Below, piece after piece: positions 54,965 through 64,000 of a stretch of DNA of 64,000 nucleotides. The notes beneath the pieces were generated by a model, which was not told the origin of the DNA, searched no databases, and saw only the letters and a list, made by a program, of their open reading frames with translations. Location of the stretch: NCBI GenBank assembly GCA_016703535.1, contig JADJBV010000001.1, positions 385,014 to 449,013 of the forward strand, in the 5' to 3' direction. Made by a program: the position numbers and the translations under genes. Position 1 is the stretch's first letter. The number at the start of each line of letters is the position of its first letter. The DNA comes from Deltaproteobacteria bacterium. Its GTDB lineage: Bacteria; Myxococcota; Kuafuiibacteriia; Kuafuiibacteriales; Kuafuiibacteriaceae.

Positions 54965-57118
54965 TTGGTGGCCGGCGCTCCCCGCCAGTCTTTTTCGGTC
55001 GATATCGCGGGCCTTTTGGCGGCCCTCACCGAACAATTTCCCGAGCCGCTCCTCTGCGTCCGGGAGTTGGTCCAAAACGCGGCCGACGCCGGCGCCCAAC
55101 GGATCGAGACCGACGTCGCCTACGATGAGGGCCGTTCCCTCTTGCGGCTTTCGGTGCGCGACGATGGCCGGGGCATGAACGAGGTCGAGGTCGACGGTTA
55201 CCTGACCATCGGCTTCTCCGACAAAGACCCGGGCCGGGATCGGGGACGCTTCGGCGTCGGCAAACTTTCGCCCTACGCCCTCGGCATCTCCCGGATGGTC
55301 GTCGAGACCTGCGACGGCCACACCACCCACCGGATCACCTTCAACCGGGACGGCTCGGGCACCATCGCTCGGCTCGAGCCCCGGCCCCGAGGGACCGTGG
55401 TGCGGGTCTACAAAAGTTGTGGCCGGGAGGAGGCCGAACACCTGGCCGAACGCACCTTCCAGTTGGTGCGGGACACCTGCGGCAGCTTGCCGATCCCGCT
55501 CTTCGTCAACGGGACTCAGGTCAACCGGGACGTGGCCCTCTCCACCATCTACGCCTTCCCCTTCAATTCACCGGCAGGGAAGGGCGTGCTCGGCTTGGCG
55601 GCCGAGGCGGTCCACGTGTTGATGGGCGGCGGCATCGTGCTCGAGAGTGGTTCGGCCATCTTGGGCAACGAGGTCTCGTACATCCTCGACTCGCCCCGCT
55701 TGGCCCCGACCTTGTCGCGCAACGCGGTCCGCCGGGACCAGGCCTTCGACGAGCTGCTCCGCACCGCCCGGGCTCAGATGCCCTTTTTTACGGCCCACGT
55801 GGCCCGGCAGCTCCGGGTGCGGACCCAACGCCTCCGGTCCGAAGGTGTGGCGGTTGAACGAGGCCTGGACACCAACGATCGAGCGGCCCTCGAGTGGCTG
55901 CGTTCTTTGTTGGTTGAACCCGAGACCCCGCCCGACTCGGTGGTGCGGGACGCGCCGGTCATCGAAACCGCCGACGGGAGTTTGGTCTCGGCCAACGAGC
56001 TGATCGACGTGATCCGCCGCGAGGGCCGGGTGCCGATCTCGCGGATCCCCAGGACCCGGGACGAGATCAGCGCCTACGCCGATCGAGGCGTGCCGGTGTT
56101 GTTGCTCTACCGAGACCTCGAGGACTTCCTGGAGCGTCAGGCGATCGAAACCGTGGAGGTCGACGGCCTGGACGAAGGGGCGGAGATCGCCGAGGGCCAG
56201 TGGGGCAAGGGCGAGGTGGCCTTGGCCGACCGGCCGGTGATCGATCCGCCGGCCCGCAGCTGGAAGCCGGCGATCGTCGCTTCGATGGCCTCGGCGACGG
56301 TGGCCTTGGTCTCCTGGCACCTGATCATCCCCAGCGAAGAGGAGCTGGATCGGCGGTTGATGGCCGATCGACTCCCCGCGATCACCGCGCCAGCGCCGGC
56401 GCCCGGGCCTCAGGACGGGCCCGCCTTCGGCGAGGAGGTGGTGGTGCAAACGCCGCCGATCGCGGCCAACCTGGTGAGCGCCCCCCGGGAGGAGAAAAAC
56501 CGGATCCTCTTGACCCTGGCGGCGGTGGTGGCGGCCCTCTCTTTGGCCACCGGCTTTGGCATGCTCTACCTGACCTTCACCGCTCGCCACACCCAGGTGG
56601 GGTCGTGGTTGCGGACCGAAGCGGGGGCGCCGATGACCAGCGGCGAAACGCGTCGCCGCAAGTTCAACGTCTTGTCCCGGGCCTTGTTGCACCCGATCGA
56701 CTTTTTTGTCGCCCGGGGTTGGTCGCTTCGGGCCTCGGGGCCCCGGCCACTCCACGCGCCGGCGGCGATCAAAGGTTATCGGGAGTTGGCCCCGGAGCAA
56801 CCCATCCGCTCCGGGGTGCGGCTGGATCTCGATCGGGTGCGGATCGGCTTCGTCGACTTGGTCTCCCAAAGCGGCGATCCCCACGACGGGCGCATCTTGC
56901 TGAAGCGGCGGGATCGGGTGTTGCTCAACCGCAACCACCCCACGGTGCGTGATCTGATCGCGGTCGCCGAAAGTGATCAGCGGCGAGCCCGGCTCTTGTT
57001 GGACGCCCTCTTGGCCACGGACGCCGATCTGGCCCGGGGCACCGATCCACGGCAGGTTGAGTGGGATCTGTTGGGGCGCGCCGAGTTGGGCGCGAGGAAA
57101 AAGCTCAGTGTCCAATGA
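54965..57118 (+). CDS. GHKL (Hsp90/HtpG-like) ATPase-domain protein of 717 aa with C-terminal transmembrane segments.
   Basis: Motif I is ELVQNAADAG, motif II is VRDDGRGM and motif III is GRFGVGKLS. Confidence 0.7.
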   Translation: MVAGAPRQSFSVDIAGLLAALTEQFPEPLLCVRELVQNAADAGAQRIETDVAYDEGRSLLRLSVRDDGRGMNEVEVDGYLTIGFSDKDPGRDRGRFGVGKLSPYALGISRMVVETCDGHTTHRITFNRDGSGTIARLEPRPRGTVVRVYKSCGREEAEHLAERTFQLVRDTCGSLPIPLFVNGTQVNRDVALSTIYAFPFNSPAGKGVLGLAAEAVHVLMGGGIVLESGSAILGNEVSYILDSPRLAPTLSRNAVRRDQAFDELLRTARAQMPFFTAHVARQLRVRTQRLRSEGVAVERGLDTNDRAALEWLRSLLVEPETPPDSVVRDAPVIETADGSLVSANELIDVIRREGRVPISRIPRTRDEISAYADRGVPVLLLYRDLEDFLERQAIETVEVDGLDEGAEIAEGQWGKGEVALADRPVIDPPARSWKPAIVASMASATVALVSWHLIIPSEEELDRRLMADRLPAITAPAPAPGPQDGPAFGEEVVVQTPPIAANLVSAPREEKNRILLTLAAVVAALSLATGFGMLYLTFTARHTQVGSWLRTEAGAPMTSGETRRRKFNVLSRALLHPIDFFVARGWSLRASGPRPLHAPAAIKGYRELAPEQPIRSGVRLDLDRVRIGFVDLVSQSGDPHDGRILLKRRDRVLLNRNHPTVRDLIAVAESDQRRARLLLDALLATDADLARGTDPRQVEWDLLGRAELGARKKLSVQ

Positions 57119-58973
57119 AGACGTCAGTGAGGTCTTCGAGACCCTGAGCCTCTCCAACACCGAACCCCTCGGGGCCCCCGGGTCCACCCGCCGGCCCCTT
57201 TACCGCGCCGATCCCGACCGGGTGTTGCGGGTCCTGGCCGCCAACCAGTTCGAAGATCCGTACCTGGCCTTTCGCGAGCTCTACGCCAACGCCTTGGACG
57301 CGGTGCGCAGCCGCAAAGACGGGGTCATCCACGTGAAGGTCGCCGCCGATCGGGTGGTGATCGAAGACAACGGCACCGGCCTCGACGACGCGGGCCTGGA
57401 GGCCTTGACCACCTTGGGCGCCTCGACCCGGCGTGGCCACGACGCGATCGGCCGTTTTGGCATCGGCTTCGCGTCGATCTTCGATCCGGCCTTGGGGGTG
57501 GGGAAGGTCGATTTTCAGGCCCATCGACAAGGCCAAGACGAAGGGGTGGTGATCCGCTTCGTGCCCGACGTCGGCGGGGGCGTCTCCATCCAGGTCGACG
57601 CTCACCCCAGGCCACGTCTCGGTGGCAGCCGCGTCGAGATCGCCTTCGATCCGAGTCGAGCCAGAGAAGATCGGGTGGCCAAGGTGGTGGAGGTCTTCGA
57701 GACCCACGCCGCGTATTCGGGGGTCGAGACCGAACTCAACGGGCGCCTCCTCGGCAAAGATCTGGCCGACTTCATCAAGGCCGAACTCAAGGACGGCGAC
57801 TGGTCCAACGTGGAGCGGGCCTTGTCGGCGGCCTCGGCGGTCAAGGGGCCGGTCGGCGTCGCGGCCATCGATCCTTCTCGCAGCGAGTCCAAGTTTCGGG
57901 CCTATCAACGGGGGCTCTACGTCTGCGAGGTCCCCTTGCCCCGGGTGCAAGGGAAGCCGTGGCCCCGGGGGGTGTTCGGCGCGGTCCACGGCGAAGGCCT
58001 GGATCTGGTGGCCAGCCGCAACGCCTTCGTCGAAAACGATCACTTCCACCGTTTTCAAGAGGAGCTGCGGCGCCTGGCCTACGAGTCGGCCTACCGAGTG
58101 GTGCGCCACTGGGAGCAGACCAAAGACACCTACGCCCGGATCGTGTTGCTCGACGCCCTCCGTCGGGGCCTGCGCACCACCACCCCCGAGAGCCTGTTGG
58201 CCGAGTCGGACGATCTCTTCTCTAGCGCCGTCGTGCGGTCGCCACTTTTTTATGCCTGGGGCACCAAAAAGCTCTACTCCTTCGAAGAGCTGGTGGCGCT
58301 GAAGCGCAGCGACACCTTCCGGGCCTTGTCCTATCGGCCGGCCTGGCGCGATCGGGACGACGGGCCGATCATGCGGGCCGACGACTCCATCGAGCGGGAC
58401 ATCTTCCGCAAGTTGTCCGGCATGCGAGAGATGCCGGCGGCGGCCCGGGCCGAAGACGTGGCCATCCCCTCGTGGCTCTCTCGGCTGCGCGATCGCTTGA
58501 TGTCCGGGCCGAGGGCCGAATATTCCTTGTTCCAGCGGCCCCTCGACGAGGCCAAGGTCGCGCCGGGCACCAAACGCTTGATCGAAAAGCTGGAGGAGTT
58601 TTTGGCCAGCCCCGAGGTCTCCGAAGCCTTGGCTCGGCTGCTCCCCGGGCCACTCCCGCGGCTGGGCTTCGGCATCTCCCGGAACGCCTTCGGGCCGGTG
58701 GCGGCCTACCGCTTGGGCGAGATCCGCTTCAACGTCGCCCATCGGGCGGTCCGCCGTTTGTCGAAGACCACCGATGCCCAGCTCGGGGCTTGGGCGCTTT
58801 TGCCGGTGTTGGCCCACGAGTTGGCCCACATGTGCCACGAGCTCCATGACCTGGACTTCTATCGGACCAGCCGGGCCATCCTGAGGGCCTTGGTGGTGGC
58901 CGCGGCCAAGATCGACGCCCGGGCCGCGGCCTCAACCATGATGATGCCCGAGCTTGGCTCCGAACCTTCGTAG
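57108..58973 (+). CDS. Second GHKL (Hsp90-like) ATPase-domain protein, a paralog of the upstream gene.
   Basis: The motifs RELYANALDA, IEDNGTGL and GRFGIGFAS are present. A GTG start at 57108 lies 8 nt after a GAGGAA Shine-Dalgarno and overlaps the upstream gene end by 11 nt. The track start at 56973 is a probable over-extension. Confidence 0.65.
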   Translation: MSNEDVSEVFETLSLSNTEPLGAPGSTRRPLYRADPDRVLRVLAANQFEDPYLAFRELYANALDAVRSRKDGVIHVKVAADRVVIEDNGTGLDDAGLEALTTLGASTRRGHDAIGRFGIGFASIFDPALGVGKVDFQAHRQGQDEGVVIRFVPDVGGGVSIQVDAHPRPRLGGSRVEIAFDPSRAREDRVAKVVEVFETHAAYSGVETELNGRLLGKDLADFIKAELKDGDWSNVERALSAASAVKGPVGVAAIDPSRSESKFRAYQRGLYVCEVPLPRVQGKPWPRGVFGAVHGEGLDLVASRNAFVENDHFHRFQEELRRLAYESAYRVVRHWEQTKDTYARIVLLDALRRGLRTTTPESLLAESDDLFSSAVVRSPLFYAWGTKKLYSFEELVALKRSDTFRALSYRPAWRDRDDGPIMRADDSIERDIFRKLSGMREMPAAARAEDVAIPSWLSRLRDRLMSGPRAEYSLFQRPLDEAKVAPGTKRLIEKLEEFLASPEVSEALARLLPGPLPRLGFGISRNAFGPVAAYRLGEIRFNVAHRAVRRLSKTTDAQLGAWALLPVLAHELAHMCHELHDLDFYRTSRAILRALVVAAAKIDARAAASTMMMPELGSEPS

Positions 58974-59128
58974 CTTGAGCTAGTGTCCCGCGGTTCACCC
59001 GCCGGTGAGGACTGAATAGGGCAGTCGTCTCCTCCACCTGAAGGTCCAGATCCAGATCGGTCCGCGGTGCGCCTGGCACGAGCCGTGCTCTTAGCCTCCG
59101 TGGGCCTACGGGCCCAGAAGGAGCATCG

Positions 59129-59371
59129 ATGAAGATCTTGATCGCGAGTTTGGCCCTGGCGGCCACCGCACCCCTGACGGTGAACACCCCGGCGCTGCAA
59201 GCCGAACCCGCTACGGCCGTGGCCAGCACGGTCGGCACCAACCCTCACCCGTTTGGGCCGATGGCCGTCGTGTTCGTCCGTTTGGCCTTCGCCGCGGCCG
59301 CCGCTTCGTCCACCAAAAGCAACCTCCCCAGCTACTTTGAGGGACCGGCGCCGACCCAAGCCTTCGATTGA
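59129..59371 (+). CDS. Small secreted protein of 80 aa.
   Basis: A strong GAAGGAG Shine-Dalgarno lies 7 nt upstream of the ATG. A signal peptide MKILIASLALAATAPLTVNTPALQA is present. Confidence 0.6.
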   Translation: MKILIASLALAATAPLTVNTPALQAEPATAVASTVGTNPHPFGPMAVVFVRLAFAAAAASSTKSNLPSYFEGPAPTQAFD

Positions 59372-59428
59372 AAGAACGAGGGCGCCGCCGCGCTGCGGTT
59401 CGGCGGCGCCCCTCGAACCAGGAGAGCC

Positions 59429-60118
59429 ATGGAACGAACAATCAAGGCCCTGGCCACCCTGGTGGTCGCGGTCCACCTGCTGTTGACCGTCGCCTACAAC
59501 GCCCCCGAAAGCCCGGCGCGGCAGGCCCTGAGCCCGCTGCTCGAGTCCACGGTTGGTCGCTGGTTCCCCCAGAACTGGCGGATGTTCGCGCCCGATCCGG
59601 CCCGCTCCAACGTCTCGGTGATCGTCGCGTGTTTGGACGCGGCGACCTTGGTGGATCGGCGAGGGTCGGTCGAGACCGCGTCGACCGCCTGGGCCGGACC
59701 TTGGGTCGACATCTCCGCGCCTTTGGCCCGGGCGCACCAAAACTCCCGGCTCTCGGCCTACGACCGGTTCCTGAGGGCCCAAGACGCCGCCGCCCGCAAC
59801 GTGTTGGCCGATCCCCACGGCATCGAGGCCTGGGTGAAGTCGTGCAAAAAGGGCGACACTTCGGCTTGCACCTTCGCCGATGAGACCCGGCGCGCTTGGA
59901 AGCGCTCCTCCACGCGATACCTGGTGCGGGTTGCGTCCTCCTATTGTCGCGCGGTCGCGCCGGCCAGCGCCGGGGTGGGGTTGCGGGTCCGGGATCGACC
60001 GGCGGTCCCCTGGTCCAAGCGGCACACCGAGACCGAATCGCCCGCGTCCGAGATGCCCCTCGGCTTCTTCCCAATCGCCGAGGATGTGATGCCCTCGCCG
60101 ATGTTCGAATCGAGCTGA
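59429..60118 (+). CDS. DUF5819-like membrane-anchored protein.
   Basis: A GGAGAG Shine-Dalgarno is present. It has an N-terminal transmembrane helix followed by the WFPQNWRMFAPDP motif. Confidence 0.55.
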   Translation: MERTIKALATLVVAVHLLLTVAYNAPESPARQALSPLLESTVGRWFPQNWRMFAPDPARSNVSVIVACLDAATLVDRRGSVETASTAWAGPWVDISAPLARAHQNSRLSAYDRFLRAQDAAARNVLADPHGIEAWVKSCKKGDTSACTFADETRRAWKRSSTRYLVRVASSYCRAVAPASAGVGLRVRDRPAVPWSKRHTETESPASEMPLGFFPIAEDVMPSPMFESS

Positions 60119-60121
60119 CCG

Positions 60122-61045
60122 ATGTGGAAACAACACCCCCTGGTTTTTTGGCTCAACGGCCCGGCCCACCACCGGACCGGGGTCCGCTTCTTTCAAGCCA
60201 TGATCGGCGTAGCCCTCTTGTTCCGCTTCGCCACCGAGGTCCCCTTCGCCGGCTGGTTGTGGGGGGCCCGGGGCCTCCCGGGCGGCGGCGCTTTCCCGGC
60301 CCTAGGCCCGTGGTCCCAGGCCGTGGAGGGGCTCTACGCCGACGATCGCCTGATCGTGGGGCTGCTGCTGCTCCAGGCGGTGGGTGCCTTGCTCCTGATC
60401 ACCGGCCAGGCCACCCGCTTCGCGGCGTCCTTGTGCCTCTTCGCGGTGACCATGCTCGAGTGGCGCACCATGGAGATCAACGACGGCGGCGACAACCTGG
60501 CCCGGATCTGCCTCTGCTACTTCTTGTTCTTGGCCCCACCGAACAGGGTGGTCGCTCCGGGTTCATTGCGCGCCTACCTGCACAACCTCGGCGTCCTGCT
60601 CCTGATCGCCCAGGTGATGATCCTGTACTTCGTCGCCGGCCTCGCCAAGGCGATGGGGGAGGTCTGGATGAACGGCACGGCCCTCTACCTGATCAGCCAG
60701 GTCGAGGAGTTTTCGCTCCCGGGGCTCCGGGCCCTCTTCAAGAACCCCTTCCTCACCGTCGGCGCCAGCTACCTCACCTTGGGGCTCCAGCTCTTCTTCC
60801 CGATCTCCTTCTTCACGCGCTTCAAGCTGTTCTTCTTGTTGTTGGGGATGGCCTTTCACCTGGGGATCGCCGGTTTCATGGGCCTGGTCAGCTTCAGCCT
60901 GATCATGGCCGGCGCGGATCTCCTCTTGATCAGCGACGAGGAGTACGGCGGGTTCCGTCGATGGCTCCCCGCGTGGCCCTGGCGTTGGCCCTTCGCGATC
61001 AAGGACACGCCGGCCCTACAGCGGGGGGCAGGCCAGGACCTCTGA
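60122..61045 (+). CDS. HTTM-domain (vitamin K-dependent gamma-carboxylase-like) polytopic membrane protein.
   Basis: ILYFVAGLAKAMGEVWMNGTALYLI corresponds to VKGC [24 protein letters not shown], and N-terminal RFFQAMIGVALLFRF to FRFLFGLLMVLD. Its ATG lies 3 nt after the upstream stop. Confidence 0.6.
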   Translation: MWKQHPLVFWLNGPAHHRTGVRFFQAMIGVALLFRFATEVPFAGWLWGARGLPGGGAFPALGPWSQAVEGLYADDRLIVGLLLLQAVGALLLITGQATRFAASLCLFAVTMLEWRTMEINDGGDNLARICLCYFLFLAPPNRVVAPGSLRAYLHNLGVLLLIAQVMILYFVAGLAKAMGEVWMNGTALYLISQVEEFSLPGLRALFKNPFLTVGASYLTLGLQLFFPISFFTRFKLFFLLLGMAFHLGIAGFMGLVSFSLIMAGADLLLISDEEYGGFRRWLPAWPWRWPFAIKDTPALQRGAGQDL

Positions 61046-61054
61046 GGGTCACGG

Positions 61055-63277
61055 TCATATCGATCGTCGAGCGGGAGCCTGGTCGCCGCCAGGCGAAGGG
61101 ACCTCGGTTCCCCGGCCCAGCGCTCTCTCGAGGGCGGCGGCGAGTTCTTGGCGACGGAGAGGTTTGGTCAGGTAGTCGTCCATGCCCGCCGCCAAGACCT
61201 GCTCCCGATAGCCGGACATGGCGTGCGCGGTCAGCGCGATCACCGGGACCTGGGCTACCGGATCGGGTCGGGCCCGGATGAGACCCGTGGCCTCGTAGCC
61301 CCCCATGCCAGGCATCTCGATGTCCATCAACACCACGGCGATCGCCAGGTCGTCCAAGCGGGCGAGGGCCGCCGCACCGTCTTCGGCTTCGGCGCTGCGG
61401 TAGCCCAAACGCTGCAGGTACATGGTGGCCACCTTGCGGTTGACCGGGTTGTCGTCGACCACCAAGACCAAAGGTGCGTCGGCGTCGATCGAACACTCCA
61501 CTTGGCGGCGAACGGCTTGATGATCGCTGGGGCTCAGCGCCAACACCGAGGCCAGGGCTCGGCGAGAGATCGGCTTGGTGAGCTGAGCGGCCAGGGGACC
61601 CTTGTCCTCCGAGGCCAGGCCGTCTCCCCACTCCGAGAGCAACACCACCTTGGCCTCGTGTTGGGCGGCCAGGTCCTTGGCGTCCTCGGCGAGATCCTGT
61701 TCGCCGTGACGGCGGTCGATGAGGGCCAGGTCAAATCGTCGGGCCTGGAGGAGGGCCCTTGCCTGGGCCAGATCTTCTGGGACTTGGACCTTCGCGCCCA
61801 GGGCCTCGAGTTGCCCAACCAACACCGCCCGGGTCTTGGGGTGATCTTCGAGCAACACCACCTGGAGGCTCCGGGGTTGGGGGGCCGGCGCGGTCACCTC
61901 GACGGCGGTGGGGAGCTCCAGGCCGATCGTAAAGGTGCTCCCGCGCCCGAGCTCACTTTCAACCCGAATGTGGCCGCCCATCAGCTCCACGATTCGTCGG
62001 CTGATCGCCAGGCCGAGCCCGGTCCCTCCGTAACGTTGAGCGACCTTGGCGTCGGCCTGCACGAAGGGCGCGAAGAGCCGATCGAGGGCCCCCGGGGGGA
62101 TGCCAACCCCCGAGTCTCGTACGGTGAGCTCCAGGGCCAAACGTCCGGCCTCCGTCGGTTGCCCCTCGAGGAGCAGCTCGACCTCACCACGTTCGGTGAA
62201 CTTGACCGCGTTGCCGAGCAGGTTCAGCAAAACCTGACGCAGTCGGGCCCCATCACCGCGCACCCACCAGCGGGTGTTCGGCTCGACGTTCAAGATCAGC
62301 TCCAGGTTCTTCTCCTTGGCTCGCCCGCCGATCAGGGTGAGGGCCTCCTCGGCCACCAGCTCGAGATCGAACGTGTGTTCGTCCAGGTCCATGCGCCCGG
62401 CTTCGATCTTGGAGTAGTCGAGGATGTCGTTGAGCAGCGACAAGAGCGACTCGCCCGAGGCCTGGATGATCTCGGCGAAGCGGCGCTCCTGTTCACCCAG
62501 GGGTTGATCGAGGAGGAGCTCGGCCATCCCGAGGACGCCGTTCATGGGCGTCCGGATCTCGTGGCTCATGGTGGCCAAAAAGACGCTCTTGGCCCGGTCG
62601 GCGGCCTTGGCCTTCTCTTCGGCGACGCGCCGCACCTCGACCTCGGCGGACAACTCCTGCAGGGCCGCCTTGGCCTCCTCTTCAGCGAGGTGGCGATTGC
62701 GCAGGAACGCCGAGATCAAGAGCCCGAAGGTGATCACCAACAACACGATGTTGGCGACCCGGAGCAGGGGCATACGTTCGGGGGGCAACACGGTCTGGAC
62801 CGCCAGGGGTCCCAGGTGACCCGTGCTTAGCCAGAGGACGGTGGCCAAGGCGACCACACTCCAGATCACCAGGGGGCGGGCCCCGCCGATCAGGCCGGCC
62901 AACAAGGGGACGAGGTAGAGCCAGGTGTGGCCGGGTTCGGTGATGCCGCCGTTGCTGGCGCTGGTGAAGGCCACGGTGATCAAGACCGTGGCGGCGATCA
63001 GGTGGGCACTGGCCCTCGGGTTTCGCTTCCAGTCGAGGATCCACAGCCCGAGCGGGACCGCCGCCATGTTGGCGCCGATGGCCCAAGCGAGGGCCGGTTC
63101 GTCGAGCAGCCAATAGGTCAGGGCCGAGACCAGCCCGATCAACTCCAGGCCCGCCGCCGTGACCAGGACCTGACGAAAGTACTCCCGGACCATCCGAGTC
63201 GCCCGGAGGCCTTCTTCACCACCCGCCAGGTGATGACCGAGCCAACCGGCCAGGCGTGGGAGGGCGCGCGTGGTCAA
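61055..63277 (-). CDS. Hybrid sensor histidine kinase with a multi-pass transmembrane sensor, HisKA, HATPase_c and two receiver domains.
   Basis: The H-box is MSHEIRTPMNGVLGM and the G-box is GTGLGLAISRRIVELMGG. The receiver domains contain VDDNPVNR...VLMDIEMPGMGGYE and LIDRRHGEQD. Confidence 0.85.
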   Translation of the reverse strand: MTTRALPRLAGWLGHHLAGGEEGLRATRMVREYFRQVLVTAAGLELIGLVSALTYWLLDEPALAWAIGANMAAVPLGLWILDWKRNPRASAHLIAATVLITVAFTSASNGGITEPGHTWLYLVPLLAGLIGGARPLVIWSVVALATVLWLSTGHLGPLAVQTVLPPERMPLLRVANIVLLVITFGLLISAFLRNRHLAEEEAKAALQELSAEVEVRRVAEEKAKAADRAKSVFLATMSHEIRTPMNGVLGMAELLLDQPLGEQERRFAEIIQASGESLLSLLNDILDYSKIEAGRMDLDEHTFDLELVAEEALTLIGGRAKEKNLELILNVEPNTRWWVRGDGARLRQVLLNLLGNAVKFTERGEVELLLEGQPTEAGRLALELTVRDSGVGIPPGALDRLFAPFVQADAKVAQRYGGTGLGLAISRRIVELMGGHIRVESELGRGSTFTIGLELPTAVEVTAPAPQPRSLQVVLLEDHPKTRAVLVGQLEALGAKVQVPEDLAQARALLQARRFDLALIDRRHGEQDLAEDAKDLAAQHEAKVVLLSEWGDGLASEDKGPLAAQLTKPISRRALASVLALSPSDHQAVRRQVECSIDADAPLVLVVDDNPVNRKVATMYLQRLGYRSAEAEDGAAALARLDDLAIAVVLMDIEMPGMGGYEATGLIRARPDPVAQVPVIALTAHAMSGYREQVLAAGMDDYLTKPLRRQELAAALERALGRGTEVPSPGGDQAPARRSI

Positions 63278-63327
63278 CGGGGAGTCCCACTGGCTGCATC
63301 GGCCACCCCAGGGAAAATATGAGGGTG

Positions 63328-64000
63328 TTAGAGTCGGATCACCACCTTGCCCAGGTGTTGGCCCGAGGCCAGGTGGACGAAGGCCTCCTTGGCCTCCGGC
63401 AACGGGAAGACGCGATCGATCACCGGCCGAAGTGGGTTCACCTCGAGGGCCGCCACGAACCGCTCGAAGCTGGAGACCGAACCGACGTAGACGCCCCGCA
63501 CCGTCTGGCGGCGGTAGAAGACCGCGTGCAGGTTGACCTCACCCCGGGCCCCGGTGAGGACCCCCAACATACTCATGGTGCCGCCGTAGCGCAGGGCCGC
63601 CGCCGACTGATCGAAGGTGGCTTGGCCGCCCACGTCCACCACCAGATCCACCCCACGCCCACCGGTGAGAGCCCGGACTTCCTCACCCCACTTGGGCACC
63701 TTTTGGTAGTCGATGACCGCGGTGGCGCCCAGGGCCAACAAGCGGGCCGCCTTTTCACCGCTGCTGGAGGTCATGAAGACCTTGGCGCCGGCGGCCTTGG
63801 CGAGCTGGAGCCCAAAGACCGACACGCCCCCCGAGCCCTGGAGGAGCACCGTTTCGCCCGGGCGCAAGGTGGCGACCTCGAAGAGCGCGTGCCACGCGGT
63901 GAGCCCGGCGCAGGGCAGGGTGGCGGCCTCTTCGAAGGAATAGTCGGCGGGCACCTTGACCCAGCTGTGCTCAGGCAAGACCACCTCTTCTTGGAGCATG
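63328..64000 (-). CDS. Zn-dependent/MDR-family alcohol dehydrogenase or quinone oxidoreductase. Only the C-terminal part is in the window; the 5' end lies beyond it.
   Basis: The Rossmann segment LLQGSGGVSVFGLQLAKAAGAKV is present, with a C-terminal ...LGKVVIRL typical of MDR enzymes. Confidence 0.75.
   Translation of the reverse strand, partial: MLQEEVVLPEHSWVKVPADYSFEEAATLPCAGLTAWHALFEVATLRPGETVLLQGSGGVSVFGLQLAKAAGAKVFMTSSSGEKAARLLALGATAVIDYQKVPKWGEEVRALTGGRGVDLVVDVGGQATFDQSAAALRYGGTMSMLGVLTGARGEVNLHAVFYRRQTVRGVYVGSVSSFERFVAALEVNPLRPVIDRVFPLPEAKEAFVHLASGQHLGKVVIRL

Noticed and set aside
56973-57107. The upstream extension of the second GHKL gene, as shown in the track start.
   Set aside because: The extension overlaps the 3' end of the first GHKL gene in another frame for 145 nt. 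A GTG at 57108 with a GAGGAA Shine-Dalgarno gives a conventional short overlap instead.
58859-60196. The 445-aa minus-strand ORF.
   Set aside because: The ORF is antisense to three plus-strand genes that have good Shine-Dalgarno sequences and signal peptides. Its product is Arg/Gly/Pro-rich low-complexity sequence, which is typical of spurious antisense ORFs in DNA that is 70% GC.

Overview
This 64 kb window is about 70% GC and is densely coding. The codon bias and domain content suggest a Myxococcota-like deltaproteobacterium: three Ser/Thr kinases, PEGA and PPC domains, HEAT and WD40 repeats. No rRNA, CRISPR array, transposase or integrase was seen. Part 1: bases 1-18479 are one co-directional, translationally coupled operon of 12 genes, almost all without assignable function, and this is the best candidate for an undescribed multi-component system. 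Its first gene (incomplete at its 5' end) encodes a protein of at least 1978 aa with a coiled-coil region and two vWA domains. It is followed by a DUF1795/DcrB-like protein, an SCP2 protein, a paralogous protein pair, and two paralogous single-ring ClpA/B-D2-type AAA+ ATPases. One ATPase is fused to a Kelch-like beta-propeller and the other to a zincin HExxH domain. Downstream are tRNA-Met(CAT) and tRNA-Leu(CAG) with promoter-like elements, hairpins, a 12-nt copy of the tRNA-Leu 3' end and a ~30-nt-period tandem repeat. The rest of the window holds a YfcG-like GST, Ser/Thr kinases, and an NfeD-flotillin operon extended by a 1753-aa AAA ATPase. It also holds a HEAT-repeat protein, a Cys-rich lipoprotein with four PPC domains, a MocR/PdxR-type regulator divergent from a PNPOx-GNAT gene, AlkB and two TlpA-like thioredoxins. 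Further genes are a kinase followed by two Hsp90/GHKL-type ATPase paralogs, a DUF5819-HTTM pair, a hybrid histidine kinase and a partial MDR dehydrogenase. Part 2: the most specific finding is a candidate bacterial selenoprotein (PRXL2/SelU-like, AhpC-TSA_2 family, minus strand 48292-48831). An in-frame TGA sits where the first Cys of the redox CxxC motif is expected, and a SECIS-like hairpin lies 18 nt downstream. All domain calls come from reading motifs in the translations; none could be confirmed by a database search.
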